Assembly (NCBI GenBank): GCA_032229975.1
Contig: JAVXVG010000017.1
Coordinates: 87,557 to 151,556 of the forward strand
Length of the DNA stretch: 64,000 nt
DNA from: Acidobacteriota bacterium
GTDB taxonomy: Bacteria > Acidobacteriota > Blastocatellia > Pyrinomonadales > Pyrinomonadaceae
Direction of reading: 5' to 3'
The position numbers and the translations under genes are program-made. Under the pieces are notes generated by a model that saw nothing but the letters and a program-made list of their open reading frames with translations, did no database searches and was not told the origin of the DNA. Every line of letters begins with the position of its first letter. Positions within the stretch are counted from its first letter, which is position 1. This document shows, piece by piece, positions 63,510 to 64,000 of this stretch.

Positions 63510-64000
63510 CTATGGCTTGCCGAAGCGCAGGCGATACTCCTGCGAGTTGACGAAGCCAGAGACCATCGAGCGTATGTCGGCGGGGTTGGCATTGATCGTG
63601 CGCAGCCAGTCGGCGTAGCCCTGCGCTTCCGGATCGCGCCTGAGATAGCCGAAGTATTGCATCGCGACGAACGCCGGATTGAACTCCTTCGCACTGACCT
63701 CGCTGCTCTCGACGATAGAGCGCAGCACGTCGGCGCGTGTGATCTTGCCGGCATTGAGATCGCTCTTGAGCTGCTGAGCGTTCGAGACCTGCACACCGAC
63801 GTTCGCCTGTAGAGCATCGACATACTGATCGTTGGTCATCGAGTCGTAGCGCGCCTTGAAGTCGGCGCGGTTGCGATAGTCTTCCGTGAAGGCCGCCTTG
63901 CCTACGTTGACCTCGGCAGTCGTCGTGCCCGTCACGCTGCGCTGATCACGCATGAACTCCTCGTAGCCCGGCAGTCGCGAGAAGCCAACCTGATAGAAGC
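63510..64000 (-). CDS. DUF4214-domain protein, C-terminal part (continues past the window edge)
   Basis: The C-terminal ...YFGYLRRDPEAQGYADWLRTIN...MVSGFVNSQEYRLRFG pattern is typical of DUF4214. The frame stays open upstream of the listed Met. Confidence 0.6.
   Translation of the reverse strand, partial: FYQVGFSRLPGYEEFMRDQRSVTGTTTAEVNVGKAAFTEDYRNRADFKARYDSMTNDQYVDALQANVGVQVSNAQQLKSDLNAGKITRADVLRSIVESSEVSAKEFNPAFVAMQYFGYLRRDPEAQGYADWLRTINANPADIRSMVSGFVNSQEYRLRFGKP

Overview
High-GC bacterial chromosomal window, with a gene repertoire suggestive of Acidobacteriota or a similar soil phylum (inference only). Most of it is ordinary core content: apt, acyP, hemQ-like, cytochrome c, nth, psuG, recQ, smc, ychF, an ECF sigma/anti-sigma pair, S9 and S46 peptidases, an APC permease, an aminotransferase and a VanX-type dipeptidase. 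Four parts are not ordinary. (1) A dense accessory tRNA gene array (about 12668-14890) holds at least 12 tRNAs, several of them non-canonical: three have C33, two class-I tRNAs have class-II-type D-arms, one is Arg-GCG, and only one encodes CCA. The array also contains tRNA-sized structured elements that do not fold as tRNAs, and an HNH endonuclease gene interrupts it. About 560 nt of structured non-coding DNA precedes it, with a sigma70-like promoter and two terminator-closed RNA units. (2) Immediately upstream, next to a canonical tRNA-Arg, lies a two-gene operon: a zinc-ribbon/coiled-coil protein plus a 1377-aa fusion of a Cas4/Dna2-like Fe-S PD-(D/E)XK nuclease and an Upf1-like SF1B helicase. 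This is a candidate defence or repair module. (3) Two giant secreted proteins (1025 and 1581 aa) share a roughly 365-aa C-terminal module (lamin-tail-domain motif plus an unassigned beta-rich domain). Both have long, lower-GC leaders, and they bracket a permease/aminotransferase pair. (4) Several families of intergenic hairpin repeats have arms built from tandem heptamers. One copy supplies the C-termini of two convergent genes, and two copies split a sigma/anti-sigma pair. All functional calls rest on motif recognition in the supplied translations and on hand folding. No database search, tRNAscan-SE or covariance model was run.
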